From a virus (Duplodnaviria > Heunggongvirae > Uroviricota > Caudoviricetes): a stretch of DNA of 22,008 nt. The notes below the pieces were generated by a model, which ran no database searches, was not told the DNA's origin, and worked only from the letters and a program-made list of their open reading frames with translations. The DNA lies in IMG/VR virus record IMGVR_UViG_3300017560_000307; one strand, written 5' to 3'. Below, in pieces: positions 7,722 to 15,847 of this stretch. The position numbers and the translations under genes are program-made. Within the stretch, counting starts at the first letter, position 1, and the number at the start of each line of letters is the position of its first letter.

Positions 7722-8004
7722 GGTCATCAAGGCTGGCGTCTATGGCAACACAGATGATGGCTTCCGCACAGGCTACGATTTCACGCTACTTGACGTCGAC
7801 AATGACTTCAACACACCTGAAGAGGCCTATAAATCCGCTTGGGAATACCTCGAGCATGACGACTTCCTGATTGGCGAGATCGTTGACGACAAGCTGGTCA
7901 ACGTACTCACTGGCCACGGTAAACCCCTATCTGGCTGGCAGGATTCTGATTACCAGTCAGTTGCGAACAGTCTAGAAATCGAGTGGGGGCCTATCAATGT
8001 CTAG
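7714..8004 (+). CDS. hypothetical protein
   Basis: SD GAGGAGG before ATG 7714 (start shortened from track); acidic product. Confidence 0.75.
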   Translation: MFRVIKAGVYGNTDDGFRTGYDFTLLDVDNDFNTPEEAYKSAWEYLEHDDFLIGEIVDDKLVNVLTGHGKPLSGWQDSDYQSVANSLEIEWGPINV

Positions 8005-8410
8005 CCCCATCCGCTTCCGTGCCTTCTACCACGGCCGCATGCTCGACGTCTTCGCCGTGAACCCGATGAACCAGACGGTGTATCTCAGCCATCAGCATCT
8101 ATACGACGAGCCAGGGAACGATGTATTGGTGCCGATCCGGTCGGAGATTGAACCGGACGGGGCTGTGCTAATGCAGTGGACGGGGTTGAGGGCAGTCGAG
8201 GGCACTGATATCTACGACGGCGACATCGTGCGAACCGGTAACAAGAAGTATGGCTATACGTTCGTTGTGTCCTGGGGAACCTTATTTGAGGGCGGTGAAG
8301 ATGGAGACTTCGAGGTGGGCACTGGATTCAACGTTTCCACTCACGATCCAAACACCTATGTCGTTCTCGGCAACGTCCATCAGCACCCAGAACTCATAGG
8401 AGGCAAATGA
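7997..8410 (+). CDS. YopX family protein
   Basis: IRFRAF, LMQWTGL..EGTDIYDGDIV, VLGNVHQHPELI. Confidence 0.88.
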   Translation: MSSPIRFRAFYHGRMLDVFAVNPMNQTVYLSHQHLYDEPGNDVLVPIRSEIEPDGAVLMQWTGLRAVEGTDIYDGDIVRTGNKKYGYTFVVSWGTLFEGGEDGDFEVGTGFNVSTHDPNTYVVLGNVHQHPELIGGK

Positions 8411-8769
8411 ACCAAGAGATTGAACGAATACTCGCCACGTTCGAGCGCATGCGCGATCAAACCGACACCAAGGCGCGGCAGCGAGCCTACGACTACGCTC
8501 ATGAGGCATTGAAGAAAATGATGACTGCGCGCGAAGAGGTGGCTGAGCTACGTGGGGCAGCGAAGATCCTCGACCGGCTTTGGACTGGCAGCTATTACGA
8601 ACTCGGAAAAGCGACATCCGACAGGATCAGAGTTGAATGGAAATCACTCTTTGGCGACCAGTGGCCAGAAACTGTGGATCCGTTTCTCAAAAATGGGACA
8701 TACATAGTCCCCTTGTCCGAACTCCAAGCTCAATCTGACACCCAGGAGGCGAATGACCGAACAAGTTGA
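8407..8769 (+). CDS. hypothetical protein
   Basis: ATGA overlap, SD AGGAGG. Confidence 0.75.
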   Translation: MNQEIERILATFERMRDQTDTKARQRAYDYAHEALKKMMTAREEVAELRGAAKILDRLWTGSYYELGKATSDRIRVEWKSLFGDQWPETVDPFLKNGTYIVPLSELQAQSDTQEANDRTS

Positions 8770-9046
8770 AGCAATCCTAAAAGGGCTAGGCATACTCGGA
8801 GCCTTCTCAATGACTGGCAGCCCAGAGATGGTGGTGAGTCAGGTAGGTCGCCTATCCATCCAAGCCTCGCAAGACCTCCTCGACCATCTCCTCTCCCTCC
8901 CCGAACTCCAAGAGACCCGAGAGCACAGCCACCCGACCAGGAACTACTGCGACCACTGCTGGGCTCAGGACATCAGGAACAAGGCTATCAGGGATGTAAG
9001 ATCGTCTCTCAAGCGGGAGCTAGGAATGGAGGCTGATGGCAAATAG
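8753..9046 (+). CDS. hypothetical protein
   Basis: SD AGGAGG; H..YCDHC metal-binding-like motif. Confidence 0.7.
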   Translation: MTEQVEAILKGLGILGAFSMTGSPEMVVSQVGRLSIQASQDLLDHLLSLPELQETREHSHPTRNYCDHCWAQDIRNKAIRDVRSSLKRELGMEADGK

Positions 9047-9542
9047 AGGTGTCGAGCCCATCTCTCAATGCTGCGGTGCTAAATTCGAGTTCATCGGGAG
9101 TGGCGCGCTGAATCCAGAACTAGATCCAGGCTATTGGCGCTGTTCTAAGTGTGGCTTCCAGTCTGAGGTCAAACAGCCTTTCGCTCGGGTCGGCCGGTTT
9201 ACTGGCGATGACTACTACCTCTACAAGGCTGAGACTACCCCTGACTCTGCTAACGAACCGGTTGTGATCGATCGCGATGGCACGCGAACCAAACCTCATC
9301 AGGCAGCAAGCTACGGCATCATCGACCAACTCCTAGACATCGCTGATGACACCAGCGGTGCCAGAGAACTCTCTATCCGGCACGCCCTATCTGAGTGGGG
9401 ACACGAAAAGATCGGACTATTGATGAAGTCGACTGGGAACAAGACCACGGCCGAGGAAGCGAACTACATCACTGGGTACAACACTGGCGTCAAACACGCT
9501 TACCAGGCTCTTATTACGGAATTGGAGGACAATGGAGATTAA
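9036..9542 (+). CDS. hypothetical protein with N-terminal Zn ribbon
   Basis: SQCCGA..WRCSKCG; SD GGAGG. Confidence 0.72.
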   Translation: MANRGVEPISQCCGAKFEFIGSGALNPELDPGYWRCSKCGFQSEVKQPFARVGRFTGDDYYLYKAETTPDSANEPVVIDRDGTRTKPHQAASYGIIDQLLDIADDTSGARELSIRHALSEWGHEKIGLLMKSTGNKTTAEEANYITGYNTGVKHAYQALITELEDNGD

Positions 9543-9897
9543 CCCTGCGCAGTTAAAGAATATGAATGACATCAAGGAATTTGCGCTCGAGTGGGCGGAA
9601 TTCCTGGACTATTTGGAAACAGATTCCGAATCGAGGAGAGAAGACTGGGAAAAAGAACGGTCCAGAGACTGGGCTGAAGCAAATCAGCGGGCTGATGAGT
9701 GGAACCAGCAAACACTTAGATCGTGGGAGGACTCTCCGTGGTGGGTCAAAGTCTTCTCTTCTGCTCCTTCAGCTCGATCAGTGAATAGCTTTAGGCAGCC
9801 GCGATTTGTGGGAGATGTCATCCCAAGGACATACAGTCAGCCCACCATGGAGGGCTTTATCTGGTGGCTCGGCAAGAAACAACGGGGAGAGCTATAA
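9532..9897 (+). CDS. coiled-coil paralog family member A
   Basis: MNDIKEFALEW...PWW...PTMEGFIWWLG; aligns by eye with 11228, 14578 and 15368. Confidence 0.8.
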   Translation: MEINPAQLKNMNDIKEFALEWAEFLDYLETDSESRREDWEKERSRDWAEANQRADEWNQQTLRSWEDSPWWVKVFSSAPSARSVNSFRQPRFVGDVIPRTYSQPTMEGFIWWLGKKQRGEL

Positions 9898-10115
9898 CAG
9901 TCACCTTCCGCCTCTCCATCCGCGAATACCTGTCTGAGTCATCGGAGACCACAGCTATTACCGGCTGCTGCTATCGGTCGACGGGCATGACACACTACTA
10001 CTAGGGTCGGACGATGAGAGCTTAGGCAGCTCCAGATCTACTGGCTTTGTGTCGGATAGAGTGACTGCTAGACTGTTCACGCGGCGCAATCATTTCTAGC
10101 GAACAGGAGTCTAGA

Positions 10116-10448
10116 GTGCCAATCATGATGATGACGACAGAGGATGGAGCTGGCCCGGTGGTCGTGTGTGACTACTGTGGTAAGAGAATCGTGGATTCCG
10201 ATGGTGTTAATTGCATCTGGAAGGATGAGAACTGCGAACCTGGATCCTTCTCTGACATGTACATCGTCCACAACCAATGCGACGAACTGATGCAACGACG
10301 TCACGGCGTGATGTCTAACTCAACGGAATTGGATATACTACTGCCTCAATTGGCAGACAACGTGAATATAGACTGGGAGAAGGCACGGCAACGGGCCAAG
10401 GAGGTGGCGAGCTTCATGACCTACGATGAAGATGAACTCCAGCCATAG
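10116..10448 (+). CDS. hypothetical Zn-binding protein
   Basis: GTG with SD AGGAG; CDYCG and HNQC motifs; followed by a terminator. Confidence 0.75.
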   Translation: MPIMMMTTEDGAGPVVVCDYCGKRIVDSDGVNCIWKDENCEPGSFSDMYIVHNQCDELMQRRHGVMSNSTELDILLPQLADNVNIDWEKARQRAKEVASFMTYDEDELQP

Positions 10449-10471
10449 AGTTGATCTTCATCACCCTCTTC

Positions 10472-10505
10472 AGCCCCCGGATCTCATGTCTGGGGGCTTT
10501 TGTCT
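10472..10505 (+). terminator. intrinsic terminator
   Basis: AGCCCCCGGA-TCTCATG-TCTGGGGGCT 10-bp stem followed by TTTGTCT. Confidence 0.78.
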
Positions 10506-10531
10506 ACCCCTCAAAAGTTCAATTTGGTCTA

Positions 10532-10560
10532 TTGACTTACCAATGGTAACAGCGTATAAG
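10532..10560 (+). promoter_or_regulatory. sigma70-like promoter
   Basis: TTGACT-17 nt-TATAAG; shares AGCGTATAAGGGAG with the promoter at 1740. Confidence 0.75.
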
Positions 10561-10582
10561 GGAGTTATTACCAAGGAGGCCG

Positions 10583-10927
10583 GTGAATAGAGAAACCCTT
10601 ATAGAGAAACTAAAAACAGAACCTGACATCCGCGTCTGGCAACAGATCCGCAACCTCAGCCCCTACGGCTTCATCTTCGGAAGCATGAAAGCCATTCCAT
10701 GGCCAGTTGAGGGTGGAACTGAGGAACAGTATGCCAAACGGTGTGTCGAGTTCGTGAGCCAGCTGAAGGACACATTTCACCTGCCTGACAACGATGAGCC
10801 CCTCGCTACCGGCGGTATCATCCGCGGCGTCCCTAATCTCGAGATAGATGAGATTGAGCCGGCCGTTGCTTACCCCGTCATCAAATCCCCTGAATACAAG
10901 GAAGAGCAAGGGGGGAACGGGCGATGA
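10583..10927 (+). CDS. hypothetical protein
   Basis: SD AAGGAGG, GTG start, first gene after the promoter. Confidence 0.78.
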   Translation: MNRETLIEKLKTEPDIRVWQQIRNLSPYGFIFGSMKAIPWPVEGGTEEQYAKRCVEFVSQLKDTFHLPDNDEPLATGGIIRGVPNLEIDEIEPAVAYPVIKSPEYKEEQGGNGR

Positions 10928-11238
10928 ATCCTGTCATCTTCTACTACATCCCAGGTCTTCTTTTGGGAGCTTTCTACTTCTCTCTCAACGGTAACTGGGT
11001 GTCCATTTGGGCTTTGGTCGGAACAATCCTGTTGATCGAGATGGTGTTTATCCTCCTTCGACGACACTTTGACCTCCAGCGCAGAATCCAATTCCCAGCC
11101 GGAACTCCAGTTGATATCGATATCTTCAGTAACATCGTGAGGATTGGCAGCAAATCCTTCCCCTTCTCCTCTGTCGAAAAGGTTCACGATACGGGGAAGA
11201 GTGTTGATGTGTGGATGAAGGAGGCAAATGGAGTTTGA
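10924..11238 (+). CDS. two-TM membrane protein with small cytoplasmic beta domain
   Basis: ATGA overlap; two hydrophobic helices, then a beta-rich tail. Confidence 0.72.
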   Translation: MNPVIFYYIPGLLLGAFYFSLNGNWVSIWALVGTILLIEMVFILLRRHFDLQRRIQFPAGTPVDIDIFSNIVRIGSKSFPFSSVEKVHDTGKSVDVWMKEANGV

Positions 11239-11599
11239 CCTATCCCACTTCCACAGCATGGACGAGATCAAAGAGTTCTCTGTCGAATGGTCGAAGTATT
11301 GCGCCGATGTTAAATCTGAAGAGAAGGCGCTCATCGCCAAATGGGAGAAGAATAAAAGGGAGGATAGGCTCGAGGCTGAGAAAAAGGCCGAGGAATATAA
11401 CGAATGGGCGAGGACCTTGCATGAAGAGCGTCTCCAGACACTCTTGGGCCGTCTTCTGCAGCCTGAGATAGAGCTTAGATCTGTAGAGTCATTCATGTCC
11501 TCCTGGGCACTCCGCTCATTCCCGCCCAGACTATATCCGTCGACAGAAGGGTTCATCGAATGGCTGGGTACGCAGAAGGAGGCCGATGCGACCAAGTAA
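11228..11599 (+). CDS. coiled-coil paralog family member B
   Basis: MDEIKEFSVEWSKYC...PSTEGFIEWLG; co-linear with member A. Confidence 0.8.
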   Translation: MEFDLSHFHSMDEIKEFSVEWSKYCADVKSEEKALIAKWEKNKREDRLEAEKKAEEYNEWARTLHEERLQTLLGRLLQPEIELRSVESFMSSWALRSFPPRLYPSTEGFIEWLGTQKEADATK

Positions 11600-11756
11600 C
11601 GAAGCCCTTGAGCGATACCTCAACCTCTTCCCCGAGGTTCGCTGGGATCGCTATATCGAGGACGACTGGTCAAAGTGGGAAGATCCTGAGTACTGCAAGC
11701 GTATAGACCGAGCCAACCGGTTGTTTGGTAAATATTGGATGCACCTGTGGGACTAG
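11586..11756 (+). CDS. 56-aa Trp-rich hypothetical protein (MRPSNEALERYLNLFPEVRWDRY...)
   Basis: SD AAGGAGG; overlaps the upstream stop; missed by the ORF track. Confidence 0.65.
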   Translation: MRPSNEALERYLNLFPEVRWDRYIEDDWSKWEDPEYCKRIDRANRLFGKYWMHLWD

Positions 11757-11953
11757 CGTGATAGCGACGTAATTGCGCACGTTGGGTTAGACGATAATGA
11801 GTTTATTCAGAGGCTGACCAATCTCGAATGGCACGATCAAAGATTGGGGAGACGAAGGCAGTGAAGATGAGGCTGGGCAAGTCACCCAACCTAACCGACT
11901 CTCTGAAGTTGGCCTATACGCCAAAAGGAAAGCTGGCCGAAGTCGGGTTTTGA
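11757..11953 (+). pseudogene. possible relic of a terminase large subunit C-terminus
   Basis: Two overlapping frames give LDDNEFIQRLTNLEW and SKIGETKAVKMRLGKSPNLTDSLKLAY, resembling the TerL-type C-terminal motif (K.RLGRSPD.ADALAL). No credible start for the first part. Confidence 0.45.
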
Positions 11954-11977
11954 GTGATTGATTAGAGTACTGGTGAT

Positions 11978-12163
11978 TTAGCGCTTCGCTTCGCACTTGC
12001 GGCATTTCTCGAAAGCACCGCCGTTGTCGGTGCCGCACTTGGAGCAGGTCCAGTCAAGCCACCGAATGTGCGCCTCAGGGGCTGTGGCATTGAAGTTTTT
12101 GCACTTGGAGCACTGGTATCTGTCGTCAGAGTTGGAGGTCCCGCAGCGATCACATGTCCACAT
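11978..12163 (-). CDS. tandem RanBP2-type (NZF) zinc-finger protein
   Basis: Two exact W-x-C-x2-C-x3-N-x6-C-x2-C motifs; SD AAGGAG; own promoter. Confidence 0.85.
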   Translation of the reverse strand: MWTCDRCGTSNSDDRYQCSKCKNFNATAPEAHIRWLDWTCSKCGTDNGGAFEKCRKCEAKR

Positions 12164-12209
12164 CTGTGAAGCTCCTTTTATATTCGCAATTCAGAAGTCG
12201 AACAGACGC

Positions 12210-12239
12210 ATTCTAGCAGGAGATGTAGAGTCGTGTCAA
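12210..12239 (-). promoter_or_regulatory. sigma70-like promoter for the zinc-finger gene
   Basis: Minus strand TTGACA-18 nt-TAGAAT with a TGn extended -10. Confidence 0.7.
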
Positions 12240-12596
12240 AACGCCTTGAGGTGGTATCAGATTCCTCGGACGTAGTCTATTATGTCATGCAACTACGGGG
12301 TTTATAATTTGGAAGAGATCCGATACGTCCATTAGGACAATTATTGGACAGGGGATAGTGGGGAATCAGTCACAAGGATGATCGCTATACTTAATCAGCT
12401 TTAATATGATTAGGGGCTTGTGTCTGCTGGGCGTGAACCTGGGTTGACGTTACCCTCGTATACCCCAGCAGTGGTTGGGATCTGGGTAATTGGCTAATAC
12501 CGCTATGACTGAACTTCCGACACAATGATGTCATTTTCGTAAGTCTCAGCGAAAGAGTTGGGCCTCATCAATAATTGGTTAGTGTGAGAGGAGTTC

Positions 12597-13346
12597 ATGG
12601 TGGGATTACTTGATTTCTTCAGAGGCAAGCAGAGTAACCAAGACAAGGCGGATGTCTCTATATCAGAGACTAATTTTGCGACGTGGAGGGATCCTGTTGT
12701 GGCGCCACCCACTGAAGAATGGGAACGTCGCCTCAACAACTATTCAGAAAAATGTGCTCGCCAACTCAAGGAGTCTGGTGTGCCTTTGTTTCAATCCCAG
12801 TGGCCCAAGGGAGGCAAAGGAAATTACCGTGATGCATTTTGGTTGATCGCGTGCAACGTCGAAGTGGCTGAAAGAGTTTGGGTAGCGCATCCTCTCTTTG
12901 GTACGAAAAACTCGGATGCAGGGTATCCACCGCCACTTCAAAAGGGTGAATTCTTCGGATGGTTTCATGGAGAATCACTCTTACTCACCAGTTCTGGAGT
13001 CTTGTGTGTAGCGGATGCTTCTGGTTGTTTGATAAGGAACGGCGGCGGTGTCGACAATCGCATGATGGACATTGGGTTTAACGATATCCGTAGACCATTG
13101 ATTTCATTCAAAAGTGAAGATTGGGGTTGGAGTAATCGAGGGATGTGGCGGAGGAATCCTAAGTCAGACTATAGTTCTCAAGGACTCAAATTCTATATAA
13201 ATGGCATACGCTTTGAAGAAAAGCGCCATCGTACTAAACCGTATGCTGAAGATGGACGTGATACCAGCGCGGCACTGACCAACTTCGTAAAGACGAACGG
13301 GCAGATACGATGGCCACGAGGGTTTGTAAGTTTTCACTACAACTAA
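12597..13346 (+). CDS. 249-aa orphan protein
   Basis: SD GAGGAG; long ORF isolated between non-coding stretches; no recognised motif. Confidence 0.75.
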   Translation: MVGLLDFFRGKQSNQDKADVSISETNFATWRDPVVAPPTEEWERRLNNYSEKCARQLKESGVPLFQSQWPKGGKGNYRDAFWLIACNVEVAERVWVAHPLFGTKNSDAGYPPPLQKGEFFGWFHGESLLLTSSGVLCVADASGCLIRNGGGVDNRMMDIGFNDIRRPLISFKSEDWGWSNRGMWRRNPKSDYSSQGLKFYINGIRFEEKRHRTKPYAEDGRDTSAALTNFVKTNGQIRWPRGFVSFHYN

Positions 13347-13557
13347 GTAAAGTTATTGTATAGTGCTGACGTTGATCCGACTAAGTCTACTTTTGTCGAC
13401 TTTCACCTACCCATCGGCTATCTCGACAGCTTCCAGCCGTCTACATGCATACCCTTGTGGGGTTTGTCCTCGTTTCTTGGGGAGCATATCCCAACCAATG
13501 TCCGATATAAAACTTTCTACTCCAGATGGAGATTGATTTTATACCGTGTGTTATCTA

Positions 13558-13586
13558 TTGATATATTGTATCAACTGGCGTATAAG
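13558..13586 (+). promoter_or_regulatory. sigma70-like promoter
   Basis: TTGATA-17 nt-TATAAG preceded by GCG as in the other copies. Confidence 0.65.
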
Positions 13587-13613
13587 TAAGATATAATCCC
13601 AATCTCTCTATAT

Positions 13614-13742
13614 ATGACTATACGGGCAGTAATACATTTTAACGGAGTCTTTGTCTCCAAAACTTCGGCACTGACGGCCAGTGGCAAAACTGTGGAATTT
13701 CTGATCGCGACACTCAAGGAGGCCAATGGGTCAACTCAGTAA
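13614..13742 (+). CDS. possible 42-aa hypothetical protein
   Basis: ATG shortly after the promoter; stop overlaps the next gene; no SD. Confidence 0.35.
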   Translation: MTIRAVIHFNGVFVSKTSALTASGKTVEFLIATLKEANGSTQ

Positions 13743-14256
13743 TACCGAACGCATCGCCCGTGAGCTGATGAAGCACTACTACCCCGAGCTCCACCAGTGG
13801 CACAGCTACCGCCCCGACTGGCTTCAGAACCCTGAGACTGGAAAACCGCTTGAAATCGATATTTTTATCCCAGACCTACAAGCAGGGCTGGAATTAAACG
13901 GAATCCAACACGGTCGGCCGATAGATCGCTTCCACAAGGATTTCGCTGCCTTCGAGAAACAGCAGCGCCATGACATGCTGAAGATCGAGCGGTGCAATGA
14001 ATTCGGTGTCAAACTCTACCGCCTGACCATCTTCGACCTCACCCAGAAGCCCTTTGAAGCCTTCTTGCGGCGATTTGAACAAGATAACAGGCTCATACAC
14101 CCACGCTACCTTGCTCCGCCCCTGGAACTGTATGCACAGGCCGAGAAACTGAGCCGCATGAAGTTCCGTCCCAGGAATATAGATGCTGAAATGTCTGAGC
14201 ATTTAAGCATCCAGATGTCTGTATGGCAGAGAATTTGGAAGTGGTTGAATGAATAG
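13726..14256 (+). CDS. PD-(D/E)xK nuclease, DUF559/Vsr-like
   Basis: RPDWLQNPETGKPLEIDIF...LELNGIQH...QQRHDMLK..C..GVKL; SD AAGGAGG. Confidence 0.8.
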   Translation: MGQLSNTERIARELMKHYYPELHQWHSYRPDWLQNPETGKPLEIDIFIPDLQAGLELNGIQHGRPIDRFHKDFAAFEKQQRHDMLKIERCNEFGVKLYRLTIFDLTQKPFEAFLRRFEQDNRLIHPRYLAPPLELYAQAEKLSRMKFRPRNIDAEMSEHLSIQMSVWQRIWKWLNE

Positions 14257-14581
14257 CCCACAAGGGCAGAAATGGAGGACGATGTATCTAATCAGCGAAG
14301 AACAGAGATTATCGGAAGAGAGGGACATCATGGTGGCCCTTGCTCTTGTCCGAGATGTGTATGACCAGCCTAACGGCGCTTATGGTGGCAGTTGTCACAT
14401 GGTGTTAGACGACGAGAATATTGAGGATCAGCATATTGACTGGGTTTTCGAGCATGTACGCATGACTGACTGTGAGCGTCAGTGTATGGATGCGTTGAGA
14501 AAGCTTTCAAAGCTGAATCGAGCAGTGGTGTTGAACCGATTTCATAGAGGGAGCCCAGCAGGGCAGAACGGAGGAGAGTGA
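14249..14581 (+). CDS. phage hypothetical protein
   Basis: GGSCHMVLDDENIED motif; overlapping start and stop. Confidence 0.72.
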   Translation: MNSPQGQKWRTMYLISEEQRLSEERDIMVALALVRDVYDQPNGAYGGSCHMVLDDENIEDQHIDWVFEHVRMTDCERQCMDALRKLSKLNRAVVLNRFHRGSPAGQNGGE

Positions 14582-15045
14582 ATCTAGATCTCACATTATC
14601 AAAGGAATTGCTTCCAGCCTGGTCGGAATATTGCGGCGAGGTTGATAAGCGAAATGAAGCGTTGACCCGCAAGTACGAACGGGAATTAAAGACCTTTCGA
14701 AAGAGGATGAAGCAAGCTGTTGAGGAATGGCGCAAGATTGAGGAGGATGAAAGGGAGCAGGAGAGAAAACTAGATGACAAATACCGAGAGCAGTATCGGG
14801 CCTACAAAGCTCTCCCATGGTGGAAGCTGAAGCCTATCTATAGTCCCAGGTCTCCGGAATCGAAGGAGTATAAGGACTACTGGGCTCAAAAATTGGCTGT
14901 AGCTAATAACATCAGCTCACTCTACTCTGAGTTGACCCGGCCAAACCCTCCAGCCAAACCACAATACGAGGAGAAGACCGTAGAAGCTTTTCTTACGTGG
15001 TTGGCAGATCAGAAGGCTGATACACAGCCGGAAGGAGGGGAATGA
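14578..15045 (+). CDS. coiled-coil paralog family member C
   Basis: AWSEYCGEV...PWW...KTVEAFLTWLA; GTGA overlap. Confidence 0.8.
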   Translation: MNLDLTLSKELLPAWSEYCGEVDKRNEALTRKYERELKTFRKRMKQAVEEWRKIEEDEREQERKLDDKYREQYRAYKALPWWKLKPIYSPRSPESKEYKDYWAQKLAVANNISSLYSELTRPNPPAKPQYEEKTVEAFLTWLADQKADTQPEGGE

Positions 15046-15371
15046 GCCGTTGGGAGTACTACGTCATCGAGTGGCGAATAGAAATTGAGAATTTTGACCC
15101 AGTATATAAGCTTTCACACTTCCTCATCGGTCGGGAACCTGAGGGGCTGGAATCTTTCGGACCAGTCTTCGACTTTGAAGCAAATGGCATCAATGTCCTG
15201 AGCAGACTGATTGCACGATTGGGAGTGGAAGGTTGGGAAATCATTTCTGACGTCGACACATCGATGAGCTGGGTGACTGTCAACCGTACCTATATGGGCC
15301 ACTACGACGAACACCACGTCGCCAGGTCGGGTCGGTACCTATTCAAGCGCCCGATTGAGGAGGTTGGATGA
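15042..15371 (+). CDS. DUF4177-like protein
   Basis: RWEY at N-terminus, LGVEGWEII, and C-terminal YLFKRP. Confidence 0.72.
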   Translation: MSRWEYYVIEWRIEIENFDPVYKLSHFLIGREPEGLESFGPVFDFEANGINVLSRLIARLGVEGWEIISDVDTSMSWVTVNRTYMGHYDEHHVARSGRYLFKRPIEEVG

Positions 15372-15847
15372 CCCTGGAGGTAGCGATTTCACCAGAGCTG
15401 ATCGGGGAGTGGAAGCGATATATAGATGAAATCGCCGCTCGGAATAGTGAGAAGCAGAAAAACTACAGTGAAGCTGCTACCAGTCTCTATGAGGATCACG
15501 CAAAAAGGGTACAGGAGCTGAAGGACGAGGAGGAGCGTTGCCGGATAGCATATGAGGAGGCAGAGCGCCTACTCTCCTCTCACATCAAGCGAGAAACGGA
15601 ATCCCAGCGCAGCTTTAGTTTCCCGTGGTGGAATCTGGATGAACCCATACCTACCATCCCAGAAGTGCTAATTGAAAATAGTCGTGCAGCTCGCCGAGAG
15701 TATCACGAATCAATCCAGAGACGTATGCGGGATGAGTGGAGATTTCCCGACACAGTAAGATACCTCGGCCGGCGTCCTGCCAATGAAGAGCCTACTATGG
15801 TTGGATTTCTCACCTGGATGGCCAATCAAGGGTTAGGACAGTCATGA
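15368..15847 (+). CDS. coiled-coil paralog family member D
   Basis: ELIGEWKRY...PWW...PTMVGFLTWMA. Confidence 0.8.
   Translation: MTLEVAISPELIGEWKRYIDEIAARNSEKQKNYSEAATSLYEDHAKRVQELKDEEERCRIAYEEAERLLSSHIKRETESQRSFSFPWWNLDEPIPTIPEVLIENSRAARREYHESIQRRMRDEWRFPDTVRYLGRRPANEEPTMVGFLTWMANQGLGQS

Noticed and set aside
4957-8410. Two YopX paralogs as a notable system
   Set aside because: Multiple YopX genes are common in phage accessory regions.
10870-11595. 241-aa minus-strand ORF
   Set aside because: Antisense shadow of two well-supported + strand genes; Ser-rich composition typical of shadow frames.
12472-13497. 10-bp inverted repeat TGGTTGGGAT/ATCCCAACCA flanking the orphan gene
   Set aside because: Matches this short are expected by chance in 22 kb; no transposase, recombinase or target duplication is visible.
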